Of a stretch of 37,433 nt of DNA, positions 22,381 through 33,750 are shown in pieces. The stretch's first letter is position 1. The number at the start of each line of letters is the position of its first letter. The notes beneath the pieces were generated by a model, which made no database searches, was not told the origin of the DNA, and worked only from the letters and a program-made list of their open reading frames with translations. The position numbers and the translations under genes are program-made. This stretch comes from Octopus bimaculoides (taxonomy: Eukaryota): contig NC_068990.1 in the NCBI RefSeq assembly GCF_001194135.2, forward strand, positions 80,652,069 through 80,689,501, given 5' to 3'.

Positions 22381-25029
22381 AGCCCTAGCAATAATATTTC
22401 AAATAAGAGCCATACCATCTTCCACATGTTGAAAACTATTTGTACTAAAATGATACTTCAGCATACCTCATATACATGACGGTCCTGTCAAAAACAACCA
22501 CTGGGGTGGCTGTAAATTAATATACAATGGAAGAAATACATCTCCCTTTACTTAGCTCTACTGCTTGTAACGGCTTTGTCTGTTTCACTATAACGTGGGT
22601 CATAAGAAAGTTGGTATTATGTAGGTGCATAAATTGCCATTAACGACGAAATCTTATGTATTGTGACTAGATAGACTAATGTTTAAGGAGTAAACTGCTA
22701 TGATATGTTGCATTAAAAAGTGTTACGTTATTCATCATATTTGATGATTTACATGGAGTTGAATATATACTAAAAGTATAAAATATATGCGGTCAAATAT
22801 TCCATGGCACAAAATGGAGCGAGAGCAAGAAAATATGAGCATGTATCAGGCGTTTAAAGAAACTATATTTTTAATGAAAATAATGACGAAAGCTATGATG
22901 TTGATAACTACGATATTCCTTATGATCAATTTGATAATATCGATTATGTTTGCCTCTATAATTTCAAGTACAATACCTATCACGACTTTAATATACTTTA
23001 GTGTTCTGGAATATCTAAACATTTTGAAGAATTCAACTTGGCTCTTCCAATATTTGTTGATGTTATGATTAGCTCTGAAACTTATTTTTTATTCGGATAT
23101 TATAAGTAAATTTATAAAATCGAGGCAAGATTACTGTTATGTGCAACAAAAAAGGGCAATAAACTATAATCAACTCACTACCTGTTGTTTAGGCGTTGGT
23201 AAACACGGTTCAATATCTAAGACTAAAAGTGTTCTAGCACCCTAGATATAGTAACTTAAATATCCATTGAGGAAAAACCTGTATTCGTTCACATGTGCAG
23301 TTAATACGTATTCATCAACTCACACCCTACCGTCTTGCAGAAAGGACAGACGCCCAATATGTAGTCCCGGGAATACAAAAGACGAAATATTTACTATTGA
23401 AGATTATTTCATCATAATTCATGCTGTGATACTGCTCTTCTGAAAGAGGGCAAAGAACCGAATTATTTATGTCACCTGACAACAATCTGAGGATGCATTT
23501 TTTAAAATTTCATGTAAAATTACAAGTAGGCGTACGTCCTATGAATGAATTAACGAAGGAAGTGATTGGAAAAAAATTGAAATATAAGATTAGGACATAA
23601 CGTATAAATGAAATAAGGTGAATAAGGTTTTGATGACAAAAGAATAAAATTACAGAACTAAAATATGGTCAAGAGAGAGAATGTTACATAAAAATAGGAA
23701 GTTAAAATTAATATGAGTTGCACGTAGAGCTGCAACAAGTGATTAATTAAAATAAGGTAAAAGATGTTTAAATAAATTCCCGTTCTTCTTACGAATTTAA
23801 TCTGCATGAATCCTATATAAATGAACATCAATATATTTCTGTCTTTTTATTTATAAATAACAAGAAAAATGATAATCTAAATTGTTCTAGTCATTAATTA
23901 TGCTCTATACTCGTAACATATCTAAGTGTGTGCTTCCAATTAGTTCGGTATTCTACAGTTTGGGGTTTAAAAGGATAGTCACAGAATAATTGACTGAATT
24001 CGTATTCTGTTGGATAAAATATCATACAGTATTTAGTTGCCTCTCTTTACGTTATGTCTTCTAATTACGTTATGCGTTCAAAGGTCAGCTTCACCGTTTA
24101 TTCCTCTAGGTTAAAAAATTCATTTATCAGTCGAGAGGTTTGTTCCATTTAATCCATTTAAGCTATGAATAAAAACTCGAAGTTTTGTACTTGACTTAGT
24201 ATTCCATAAGTAAAGAGATGAAGGAGAATTGGGAATCTGTGGTAGAAACGAGGAGAGAAGCTAGTCTGGAAATTTAGTAACGAGAAAATAAGAAAAGTAG
24301 CTATAATTTCGATGAATCAGAAAGAAATAAAAGCATTGATGCCACAAAAAAAAAATCATTAAATTTAAGAGAGAAAAAAAGATATGAGCAATAAAGTGAG
24401 GGAAATAAATTATGAGGAGAGAACCGAATGTGAATGAAATGCAGGAAGAATGAACAATAGATAGGAAAAGTGAAGTAGAAATATAAATGTAGAGAACAAG
24501 CGCGAATGAGTAAGAGGTAGAAATAAAACAAATAAGAGGGAAACAGAGAATACAACAAACAATTTTACACTTGCTTTAATTTGAAAACTAAATGTTAAAT
24601 TGAAACCAGTGGGCGGAAATCCAAGGCTAACACACAAACAAAACAGGGAGCCATTTTATGAGTGCGTTCACATGAACGGACGTGATCATAAAAACAGTAA
24701 CATTTCATTTCTTATCTGACAAGTTAAGTAAGATATCTTGGTTTTTAAACACATCTAGAGTTAGAACTGGGCGATTCAAATTGGTACCGATTTTTAATAT
24801 ATGATTGTTATGGTGTCAAAAGAAATCCTCAAGGAGGACACAAGCCTCATAAATACATAGCTACAGAAATGCGGGAAATACATAACAACAATATCAAATA
24901 TAATTGATAAGTTTGATGAACTTGACTGACCCTCGATACAAACTTGTCCTTGAGAGAAGCGCTTATCATATTTCATTTTGTAACTCGAAGAAATTCAGCC
25001 TATCAGATAAAAGACATAAAAACAGCCAG

Positions 25030-25593
25030 AATATATATATATACATATATATATATNNNNNNNNNNNNNNNNNNNNNNNNNNNNNNNNNNNNNNNNNNNN
25101 NNNNNNNNNNNNNNNNNNNNNNNNNNNNNNNNNNNNNNNNNNNNNNNNNNNNNNNNNNNNNNNNNNNNNNNNNNNNNNNNNNNNNNNNNNNNNNNNNNNN
25201 NNNNNNNNNNNNNNNNNNNNNNNNNNNNNNNNNNNNNNNNNNNNNNNNNNNNNNNNNNNNNNNNNNNNNNNNNNNNNNNNNNNNNNNNNNNNNNNNNNNN
25301 NNNNNNNNNNNNNNNNNNNNNNNNNNNNNNNNNNNNNNNNNNNNNNNNNNNNNNNNNNNNNNNNNNNNNNNNNNNNNNNNNNNNNNNNNNNNNNNNNNNN
25401 NNNNNNNNNNNNNNNNNNNNNNNNNNNNNNNNNNNNNNNNNNNNNNNNNNNNNNNNNNNNNNNNNNNNNNNNNNNNNNNNNNNNNNNNNNNNNNNNNNNN
25501 NNNNNNNNNNNNNNNNNNNNNNNNNNNNNNNNNNNNNNNTATATATATATATACATACATATACGTATAAAAGCGTATATATACGTATATACG

Positions 25594-25633
<40 letters not shown>

Positions 25634-25670
25634 GTTATAATCTTTATATATGCATACATATATATGTCGG
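25030..25670. repeat. (TA)n/(CA)n microsatellites flanking a 483-N gap (25057-25539)
   Basis: Directly visible. Confidence 0.97.
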
Positions 25671-26120
25671 TGGATGTGTGTGAATGCGTGCATAACTGGA
25701 TGTAATTTCAGTGTGGAAGTTTGTTACAAAAAAAAGATTACAAAATCTTTTTATCATGGCAGTAGTAATTATATAAACACAAAAGCTTCCTCTAATCAAA
25801 CTCTTCATAGTAAACAATATTTTAAATTCCTTGAATAGCCAGTCAAAATTAAATAGTGGACAACTAATACATCAGGTTAGTTGCTACGTTAACAAGTGTC
25901 CCTATAATGTAGACATACGTATCAAGTCTTTATTTGAAATCTTGTCGAGTGTCATTTTCATAATGTTGTTAGAAATTGCCCGACCATGGTCAGTCATTAT
26001 CATTCAGAAGTATGCTGCAATGGATCCCAGCCATTACCATTCATGAGTTTTAATTAAGAGTCGTCGTTAGAGCAGCGTTATCTAAAGTCAGTTTCCCATT
26101 TTGATTATGAAGAATTACAA

Positions 26121-26341
26121 AGGCGTCGAGCTGGCAGAAACGTTAGCACGCCGGGCGAAATGCGTAGTGGTATCTTGTCTGCCGTTACGTTTTGAGTTCA
26201 AATTCCGCCGAGGTCGACTTTGCCTTTCATTATTTCGGGGTCGATAAATAAAGTACCAGTTACGCACAGGGGTCGATGTAATCGACTTAACCCCTTTGTC
26301 TGTCCTTGTTTGTCCCCTTTATGTTTAGCCCCCTTGTGGAC
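26121..26341 (+). mobile_element. SINE family B, full-length-looking copy with tRNA-like head
   Basis: A-box-like tggcagaaacg and B-box-like gagttcaaattcc; related copies at 7365, 7570, 21150 and 35891. Confidence 0.9.
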
Positions 26342-26355
26342 AATATACTAGGATC

Positions 26356-26356
<1 letters not shown>

Positions 26357-26402
<46 letters not shown>

Positions 26403-26435
26403 GACAGACAGACAGACAGACAGAGACAGAGAGAG
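26357..26435. repeat. (TA)n-(CAGA)n-(GA)n microsatellite
   Basis: Directly visible. Confidence 0.96.
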
Positions 26436-26787
26436 ATTCTTAGTGCACTTCTGAAAGATGGCTTTATTCAGAGAGTTTTTAATAAAACATACATCAGCGA
26501 GTGTCTTATAGTACACAGGAGTGTGATAAAAAGATAGGTATGCGTATCGATTTTATCTTTGTTGGTCTGTGTGCATATCCTAAATTAATTACAGACTGAC
26601 AAGCCTCAGTACACACCAGTAACTATTGTTTGTTGTTTTTCCACATAGAGGTACAGGAGATCTAACTGGGCTCCAAATGACCGAAGTAGTATTGACAAAT
26701 AATGAAGCGAAATTATGCGTAAACATTCTGTCATGTCATCCACTGAGTCGGATGGAGGTCGTTTTATGGGTGTTGTCATACAGAATG

Positions 26788-26822
26788 TATACAGGGGGCA
26801 TGTATCTATACAGGGGGCATGT
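26788..26822. repeat. Short tandem duplication (tatacagggggcatgt x2, period 19)
   Basis: Units at 26788-26803 and 26807-26822. Confidence 0.93.
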
Positions 26823-27057
26823 CAAAATTCTTCAGTAAATGAGTTTAGCATTCTGGTGCACAGGAGCTGTTTCATATGCTTATTCCAAACCAATCATGTT
26901 CATGTTTCTATATGCGTGGGTGCGTGTGCACATGTGTGTGTGTGTGTGCGCGTGTGATGCAAATATGGGCGCGCGCGCGCGTGTGTGTGTGTGTATCTCC
27001 ATTTTCTTTCTCTCTCTTTCTTTCTCTCTGTCTCTCTCTCTATATATATGTATGTAA

Positions 27058-27226
27058 ATGCGCCCTTTTCAAGCCTAGTCAGGGTCATGGTCCCGGGGTC
27101 CCGGTTTCAATGGCGTATGTGTTCCCCAGCTGGACGGGACGCCGGTCCATCGCAGCGTTACTCATTTTTGCCCGCTGAGTGGACTGGAGCAACGTGAAAT
27201 GAAGTGTTTTGCTCAAGAACACAACG
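27058..27226 (-). mobile_element. SINE family C body and tail, lacking its head
   Basis: Minus strand ttgtgttcttgagcaaaacacttcatttcacgttgctccagtccactcag..ctgcgatggaccggcgtcccgtccag resembles conserved SINE central segments. GC-rich, and the only copy in this window, so family status and orientation rest on recall. Confidence 0.65.
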
Positions 27227-27228
27227 GA

Positions 27229-27408
27229 GCTGGAGCACCGCCTTTAGTCGAAGAAATCGACCTCACGACTTATTCTTTGTAAGCCTAGTACTTATTCAAT
27301 AGGTCTCTTTTGCTGAACCGCTATGTGACGGGGACGTAAACACACCAGCATCAGTTGTCAAGCGATGTTGGGGGACAAACACAGACACACAAACACATAC
27401 ACACACAC

Positions 27409-27461
<53 letters not shown>

Positions 27462-27639
27462 TGTATGTGTATATATATACATATGGGCTTCTTTCAGTTT
27501 CCGTTTTCCAAATCCACTCACAAGGATTTGGTCGGCCCGAAGCTATAGTAGAAGACACTTGCCCAACGTGCCACGCAGTGGGACTGAATCCGGAACCATG
27601 TGGTTGATAAGCAAGCTACTTACCACATAGCCACTCCTG
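27229..27639 (-). mobile_element. SINE family A, intact head and body with an internal (CA/TA/TG) microsatellite, missing the terminal stem-loop and tail
   Basis: Minus strand head caggagtggctatgtggtaag (A-box-like), ggttccggattcagtccc (B-box-like), then gcacgttgggcaagtgtctt. The body is colinear with 17920-18085. Confidence 0.92.
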
Positions 27640-28519
27640 TTAATATTTTGTGACAAAGTATAGCAAACCTCTTTAATGTTTGTCTGTATTATTAAAGAAG
27701 AAGCCAATGACAAGGCTGTTCTAAGTTAGTTACTTGGACCTAGTAGTATTTGTAGTTATGTTCATGATATACACTCTATTTTATTTCTGATTGACGAGAC
27801 AATTTTCTGAGTCCATAAACAAATATGCCTTACCTTAATATACGTCCTACAAATGAACAGCAATATGCCTGCAAAAAAAAAAAAAAAAAAAAAGACAGAA
27901 AGGGTTATTTGTGGTATAGGCTTCGTAAAAGAGTCAAAGAGTAATATCTGATACCTTCCAATATTACTGATTTTCTTTTTGGGATTTGTGTTTGTAATTT
28001 GCTGTTTTAATAATTTATTGACGGTAAAAGATCAATAGAGTTGATCTGACTTTTAACTCACCATTAGGATCGATGAAAAAACGCATCAGTTACATGGTAA
28101 GTCATGTCAAACGTTTATCCAGATGTCATATGAAATATTTCTGTTACTTGTACAAATGACATATATATTAAATAGACGGATTACAATGTTTACACAGATG
28201 CTTGTAGTGCTGTGGGTCTCTCGACAGGGTTTTCTATTGAGAATCCTGACAGACATTTGAATACATGATGAAAAACACAGAAGTTTATACATATAATAAT
28301 ACTGAAAAAAAAAGGGAATAGCATACAAATTCCAAACACAATCATATTCACACAGCAAAACATCATCATTTGCAAACATACTCACACTTACCATATATAT
28401 ATGTACTTCACTCGAAAATACACTTCCAGAACATATTTCTTATCGCGTAGACACTTTCACAAAGTTAGGGGTTATACAAACTTACACATTCGTGTACAGT
28501 TTCACAGCCCCGGAAAATA

Positions 28520-28540
28520 ACACACATACACACGCAAAAA

Positions 28541-28590
<50 letters not shown>
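28520..28590. repeat. (CA)n microsatellite
   Basis: Directly visible. Confidence 0.96.
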
Positions 28591-28592
<2 letters not shown>

Positions 28593-29225
28593 TATACGCG
28601 TACAGAAAAAAAAAACATAAACGAGCGTAGATACACACATACAATCACGCATACAAACGGAGAAATAAAAATACAGAAATTTCACACGATGACATGAGAA
28701 GAATATTGATTTCTTGTTTCTCTCTCCTCAAAAAAATACACAGAGATTTAAGGATTTCTACTCAGTTTGCCAGATCTTCGTCACACCTCTTCTTTAAATT
28801 CATGAGTTTTTTTTTTTCAGTTCTAAACCATTCCACAACTGATATTATTTTATGATTTCCACACATTGTTCTTGATTTCTTTTTTTTTTTAAAGCATCGA
28901 CACTTTTCTTCTTCAACAGCTCGAAATCCTAACCACGTTCTCTTAACTTTTTTTTCTGTTATAAATCTTTTCATTTTTTTTTTTGTTATTCATAAAACTA
29001 CTTCAGTTTATTTTTATTTTTTCTTAAGATCTTTCGAGGCCGTTTTTCTTCTTTGAAATAATTCAAAAAATTCATCAGTCATTTATTCTTTTATGTCTTA
29101 ATTGGTTAATTATATTACTGTTTCGAGTCATGTGATAGTTAGGTGATAATTTCATTCTGCTTTTAACTACTTCTTTTTCCAATGATTAACTGGATCTCTT
29201 TCCCCACCGAGAATGGTGCTTTAAG

Positions 29226-29227
<2 letters not shown>

Positions 29228-29274
<47 letters not shown>
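29228..29274. repeat. (TG)n microsatellite
   Basis: Directly visible. Confidence 0.97.
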
Positions 29275-29278
<4 letters not shown>

Positions 29279-29407
29279 TTTATCTCTATTTTTATGGTTT
29301 TGTCAGAAGAGAATGAGACTACGTCTATAACATTTACACGACTTATAGAAGTTCGCTTCGTTCTTTCGTATTCGATCCTACTTCTTGACAGAACTGGTCC
29401 TACTTTA

Positions 29408-30040
29408 NNNNNNNNNNNNNNNNNNNNNNNNNNNNNNNNNNNNNNNNNNNNNNNNNNNNNNNNNNNNNNNNNNNNNNNNNNNNNNNNNNNNNNNNNNNNN
29501 NNNNNNNNNNNNNNNNNNNNNNNNNNNNNNNNNNNNNNNNNNNNNNNNNNNNNNNNNNNNNNNNNNNNNNNNNNNNNNNNNNNNNNNNNNNNNNNNNNNN
29601 NNNNNNNNNNNNNNNNNNNNNNNNNNNNNNNNNNNNNNNNNNNNNNNNNNNNNNNNNNNNNNNNNNNNNNNNNNNNNNNNNNNNNNNNNNNNNNNNNNNN
29701 NNNNNNNNNNNNNNNNNNNNNNNNNNNNNNNNNNNNNNNNNNNNNNNNNNNNNNNNNNNNNNNNNNNNNNNNNNNNNNNNNNNNNNNNNNNNNNNNNNNN
29801 NNNNNNNNNNNNNNNNNNNNNNNNNNNNNNNNNNNNNNNNNNNNNNNNNNNNNNNNNNNNNNNNNNNNNNNNNNNNNNNNNNNNNNNNNNNNNNNNNNNN
29901 NNNNNNNNNNNNNNNNNNNNNNNNNNNNNNNNNNNNNNNNNNNNNNNNNNNNNNNNNNNNNNNNNNNNNNNNNNNNNNNNNNNNNNNNNNNNNNNNNNNN
30001 NNNNNNNNNNNNNNNNNNNNNNNNNNNNNNNNNNNNNNNN
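29408..30040. other. Assembly gap (633 N)
   Basis: Run of N directly abutting the palindrome. Confidence 1.
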
Positions 30041-30373
30041 ATAATTATAAACATAATTACGATTAGGGGGTCAGCTAATTGCTTCACCACATACCGAATT
30101 TATTAATAAGAGTTAAAAATTCCTTTTCTACTACCGCAAGAATCTCCCAGACAGTAACACACTTTTTACGTGGGTAAAGAGAAAAATTATGAATCAACAC
30201 TTAATCAGAGTCGTGTTTATTCATTATTTTTCTCTTTGCCAATGTAAAAAAGTGTGCTACTGTCTGGGAGATTCTTACGGTAGTAGAAAAGGAATTTTTA
30301 ACTCCTATTTCTAAATTCGGTATGTGGTGAAGCAATTAGCTGACCCCCTAATTATAATTATGCTTAGAATTAT
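30041..30373. repeat. Long foldback palindrome (arms 30041-30200 and 30213-30373, 12-nt spacer); MITE/foldback-like
   Basis: Manual alignment of the arms gives 14 mismatches and 1 indel over about 160 bp (about 91% identity). Confidence 0.95.
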
Positions 30374-30999
30374 AGAATATTTGTATAATTTTACCTCTAA
30401 AGGTTATTTTAACGTACCGATCTACTTGGTAACATTATTAATTAATAGACTGATTAATTAATGAATTTAATTAATTAATTTTACCCTTTTATTATTAATA
30501 TGAAATTATACATATATATGTATGTATACATGTATGTATATATGTATGTATATTTGTTTGTGTGTATGCTTGCGTGCGTGCGTGTGTACGTCTATGCATA
30601 AAGTAGCTGCTTAGTTAAAGTATACGAATTTCGATGTTCGTGTGTTACAATTTTGGTTTGGTGTTATGTTTAATGAAGCCATGCAACTTACAGCAACACT
30701 ACATTCGAATTCCACATATGATCCTACAATATGTTTCCGTTTCCCTTTATGTATACATGTATACCTGTAAGGGAAATGATTTATAGTGACTTCGCAGTTT
30801 TTTCTATCGTATGAGGTATATGACATTCCTCGATGTACGCAATTTCAAATTCTATCGAAATTCTTCTGGCGAAAAATAGGTTTCATTCTCTATTTAAATG
30901 TTTTGAGCGATCCTTCAATTAATGGTCGACTGTTATCTCTGTAACTCTAAACCAACACCAACATTAATATATGTTCTTATTGCATCTATTTATGAATAT

Positions 31000-31310
31000 A
31001 TGCATTTATGTATGCAAATCTGTCTGGCACCAGACTGCACAAAGGATACATGAACTGAAAAGAGAAACATCGTATATCAGATATGACGGATATGACACAA
31101 ACATATGTGAAGACAAGATAAACCTTAAGGGCAAAGAGCAACTAGTGAAACAAATTGATTGTTGCCTGGCCTGGAAGTTAACAATTCATCTGGATTACCA
31201 GAGAGGCAGCATGGATAACTGCCAAAATCCCTTTAACAAAAATCCTATTCTTTGGTAGCACCGTTGAGGAAAGTGATACTGTCTGAAGATGGAGATACTA
31301 AAATAACCTC
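31000..31310 (+). pseudogene. Possible ancient RTE-type LINE C-terminal fragment
   Basis: KIPLTKILFFG..*RWRY*NNL weakly resembles RLPKxILFG..RWxDxI. Confidence 0.2.
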
Positions 31311-31353
31311 CAGTAGAATTCGGTGAAAAGGCTCCTTGTAAAAAATGTTATAC

Positions 31354-31745
31354 TACGAAGGTAGACTAAAATTTCATTGGCTGACTATGAAGAAGTAATG
31401 CCAGAGCTGTAATCTTGCATGCATTAATTTGAAATCTTCCTATTAATGACTGCATTGATTTTGTCCGGGTATATGACATCTGACTGGTCAAAGAAATCGC
31501 TACCAGTTACTCAAAAATAACGGGTATCGACTTCACTTGAAAGTTATTAAAATTTGGCATTCTGGTGTTATCAAGTTTAGCCCGCAAGGGCATTCATACT
31601 GACATGGTTGCTACATTAGGAGTTGATGCTCCAACTGTATCAACAGTGCAAAGGTGGGCAGTTGAATTTATGAGAAAAAAGGGAAATCTTGAAGAAGACC
31701 CAAGGTCTGGACGTTCTTACAAAAACCACCATTGAGAAAAACATT
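31354..31745 (+). mobile_element. Mariner element 5' end: TA plus TIR-like start, leader and N-terminal transposase HTH
   Basis: Starts TA|CGAAGG at 31354. From about 31550 it reads KIWHSGVIK..IHTDMVATLGVDAPTVSTVQRWAVEF..NLEEDPRSGRS (WxxxF..LEDxPRSGRP motif), frameshifted and truncated. Confidence 0.88.
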
Positions 31746-32297
31746 TCTATGTCAATTTTCAAGTCCATATATGAACTTAATTTGTCAAATTCCTTTATAG
31801 ATATGGTTTTACCAGTGATAATACCTACAACTATCAGTGCACTATAATTTTCTTTCCTATCTTGAATGACTATTTCTGGTCGATTAGCCTGTATCGTTCC
31901 GTCGGTGTTGACTAGAAAATCCCAGAGGATACTGACATGTTTACCTTCAACCACTTGCACAGGATGATATTCATACCAATAAGCAGGAGCGTTGATTTTG
32001 TAGTGTTTACATATTTTCCAATGTAAATACTGTCCTATATTATCTTGGCGATTTTTGTATTCGTGTGTTAATAACAAAGGACATCTCGAGACGAGATGGT
32101 CTATTGTTTCATGAAATTTATCACAGAATCTGCATTAGGGACGGAACTAATTTTTGGTAAGCAAGCTTTGATCTTGTGCCGCTATTATGAAACCTTCAGT
32201 GTCTGCTTTCAGTCCTGAGCTTCTCAGTCACTGATGGATTGTTGCTTGGTCTATACAAGCATTTCGGCCTCGAATTATATACTGTCCATGTATTTAC
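31741..32297 (-). mobile_element. R4/Dong-type LINE fragment: CCHC zinc knuckle and RLE endonuclease, truncated at both ends
   Basis: IHGQY..LRSSGLKADTEGFIIAAQDQSL; CRFCDKFHETIDHLVSRC; YLHWKIC..WY..ILWDF..ANRPEIVI..KEFDKLSSYMDLKIDIEM. Confidence 0.92.
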
Positions 32298-32300
32298 TTG

Positions 32301-32303
32301 TTA

Positions 32304-32335
<32 letters not shown>
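32301..32335. repeat. (TTA)n tract between the two LINE fragments
   Basis: Directly visible. Confidence 0.97.
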
Positions 32336-32732
32336 GTTCAGTAGTTTTATTTTTATAACGTGCTTTCACTTCACTACCGAGCGCAGCTCTGTGCGCCTTG
32401 GGTATGTGCTGTGGTTTGCTGTGGTGCTCTTATGTTTACTGTATTGAAAGTGTTTTGCGTAGGATGTGTACAGTGCCTAGTAGTGCAATTTTCTGTATGT
32501 TATATATATTTGTAAGTCCTGGTGTTTTTGTTATGTATTTGTCTGAATATGTTTTTATTATACCTAAGGCACCTACTATGATAGGAATTGTTTCTGTTTT
32601 TAGACTCCTCATTCGAGTTATCTCTATTTCCATGTCTTTGTATTTTGAAAGTTTTTCCATTTCTTTTAGAGAAACGTTGTCATCTGCTGGTATTGATACA
32701 TCAATTAGAAAGCATTTTTTTCTTCATGATCT

Positions 32733-32734
<2 letters not shown>
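32336..32734 (-). mobile_element. R4/Dong-type LINE, 5'-truncated with an intact 3' end
   Basis: KKCFLIDVSIPADDNVSLKEMEKLSKYKDMEIEITRM..IPIIVGALG..IQKIALLGTVHILRKTLSIQ* (stop at 32436), then about 100 bp of 3' UTR ending in (AAT)n. Confidence 0.93.

Positions 32735-32804
<70 letters not shown>
32735..32804. repeat. (ATT)n microsatellite at the 5' junction of the LINE fragment
   Basis: Directly visible. Confidence 0.98.
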
Positions 32805-32807
<3 letters not shown>

Positions 32808-33364
32808 AACAAGATTAGAATGTTTACGCACAGAGATGTTGCACTTCTTACTTCTGCTGCAGGTAATATAATAACATAGTTTCTGCTTCCCTGTGTGTTT
32901 TTGTACGGATATATAAATGCGTGCGTATAGGTATATGCATGTGCGTCCGTACATGCGAATGTGTATTTGTTGTTGTTCTGGGTGTTGTTGGTGGTGACGG
33001 TGGATCAATTCACAGTCACGCTGCCTTCTTCATAATATTTCTTCCTTTTGGTTTTCCATGAGTTACTTTCGCTTGTATGGCTCTCTCAGCACAAACGTTC
33101 AACTAACTTATATACTACTCTGATCCACAACAGACTAGTTGTTGGCGAGAGGATGACGTGTTGTGGGGTTAACTGAGTATTTGGTGTAAAATACGCATAT
33201 ATAGCAAATATTACGAGGAAGACTGAGGTCGCGCACAAATATTCTCTACAGTACTGAAACATATATTTATCAACTTTCATTTCCACTGTGTCCATGTTTT
33301 CCACTATTTCCATGTCTAAAATTCATTATCTTTCATGCATTCTTTTCTTTAAGTGGGCTTACAT

Positions 33365-33370
33365 AGATAC

Positions 33371-33402
<32 letters not shown>

Positions 33403-33750
33403 TTGTGCGTGTGTGTGTGTTCATGTGTTCATATATGATACTTACATAGATACATATATATATATATATTTATATAACACATATGTATATATATATGCGT
33501 ATGTATATATATATGCGTATGTATATATATATATATATATATATGCATAGATGCATAGATGTGTGTACGTATACGTATATGTATATGTATATATATATGT
33601 GTGTGTGTGTGTATATATATACATATAGAGAGACATACACATACATATATATACACATATGTACACACATACACACTCACACACGCCCACACCACATATA
33701 CACTTCCACACACACAGACACACAGACGCATATACACACATATATATTTG
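33365..33750. repeat. Compound (TG)/(TA)/(CA) microsatellite block
   Basis: Directly visible. Confidence 0.95.

Noticed and set aside
22787-23068. 93-aa hydrophobic ORF
   Set aside because: AT-rich compositional bias, with no known family signature.
24605-24690. GC-box/ETS-like gggcggaa and YY1-like gccatttt cluster
   Set aside because: Short motifs expected by chance, with no associated gene evidence.
31282-31320. CUGAAGA followed by a UGGAG/CUCCA stem
   Set aside because: The stem is followed by GUAGAA rather than GAAA, and there is no cleavage triplet in register.
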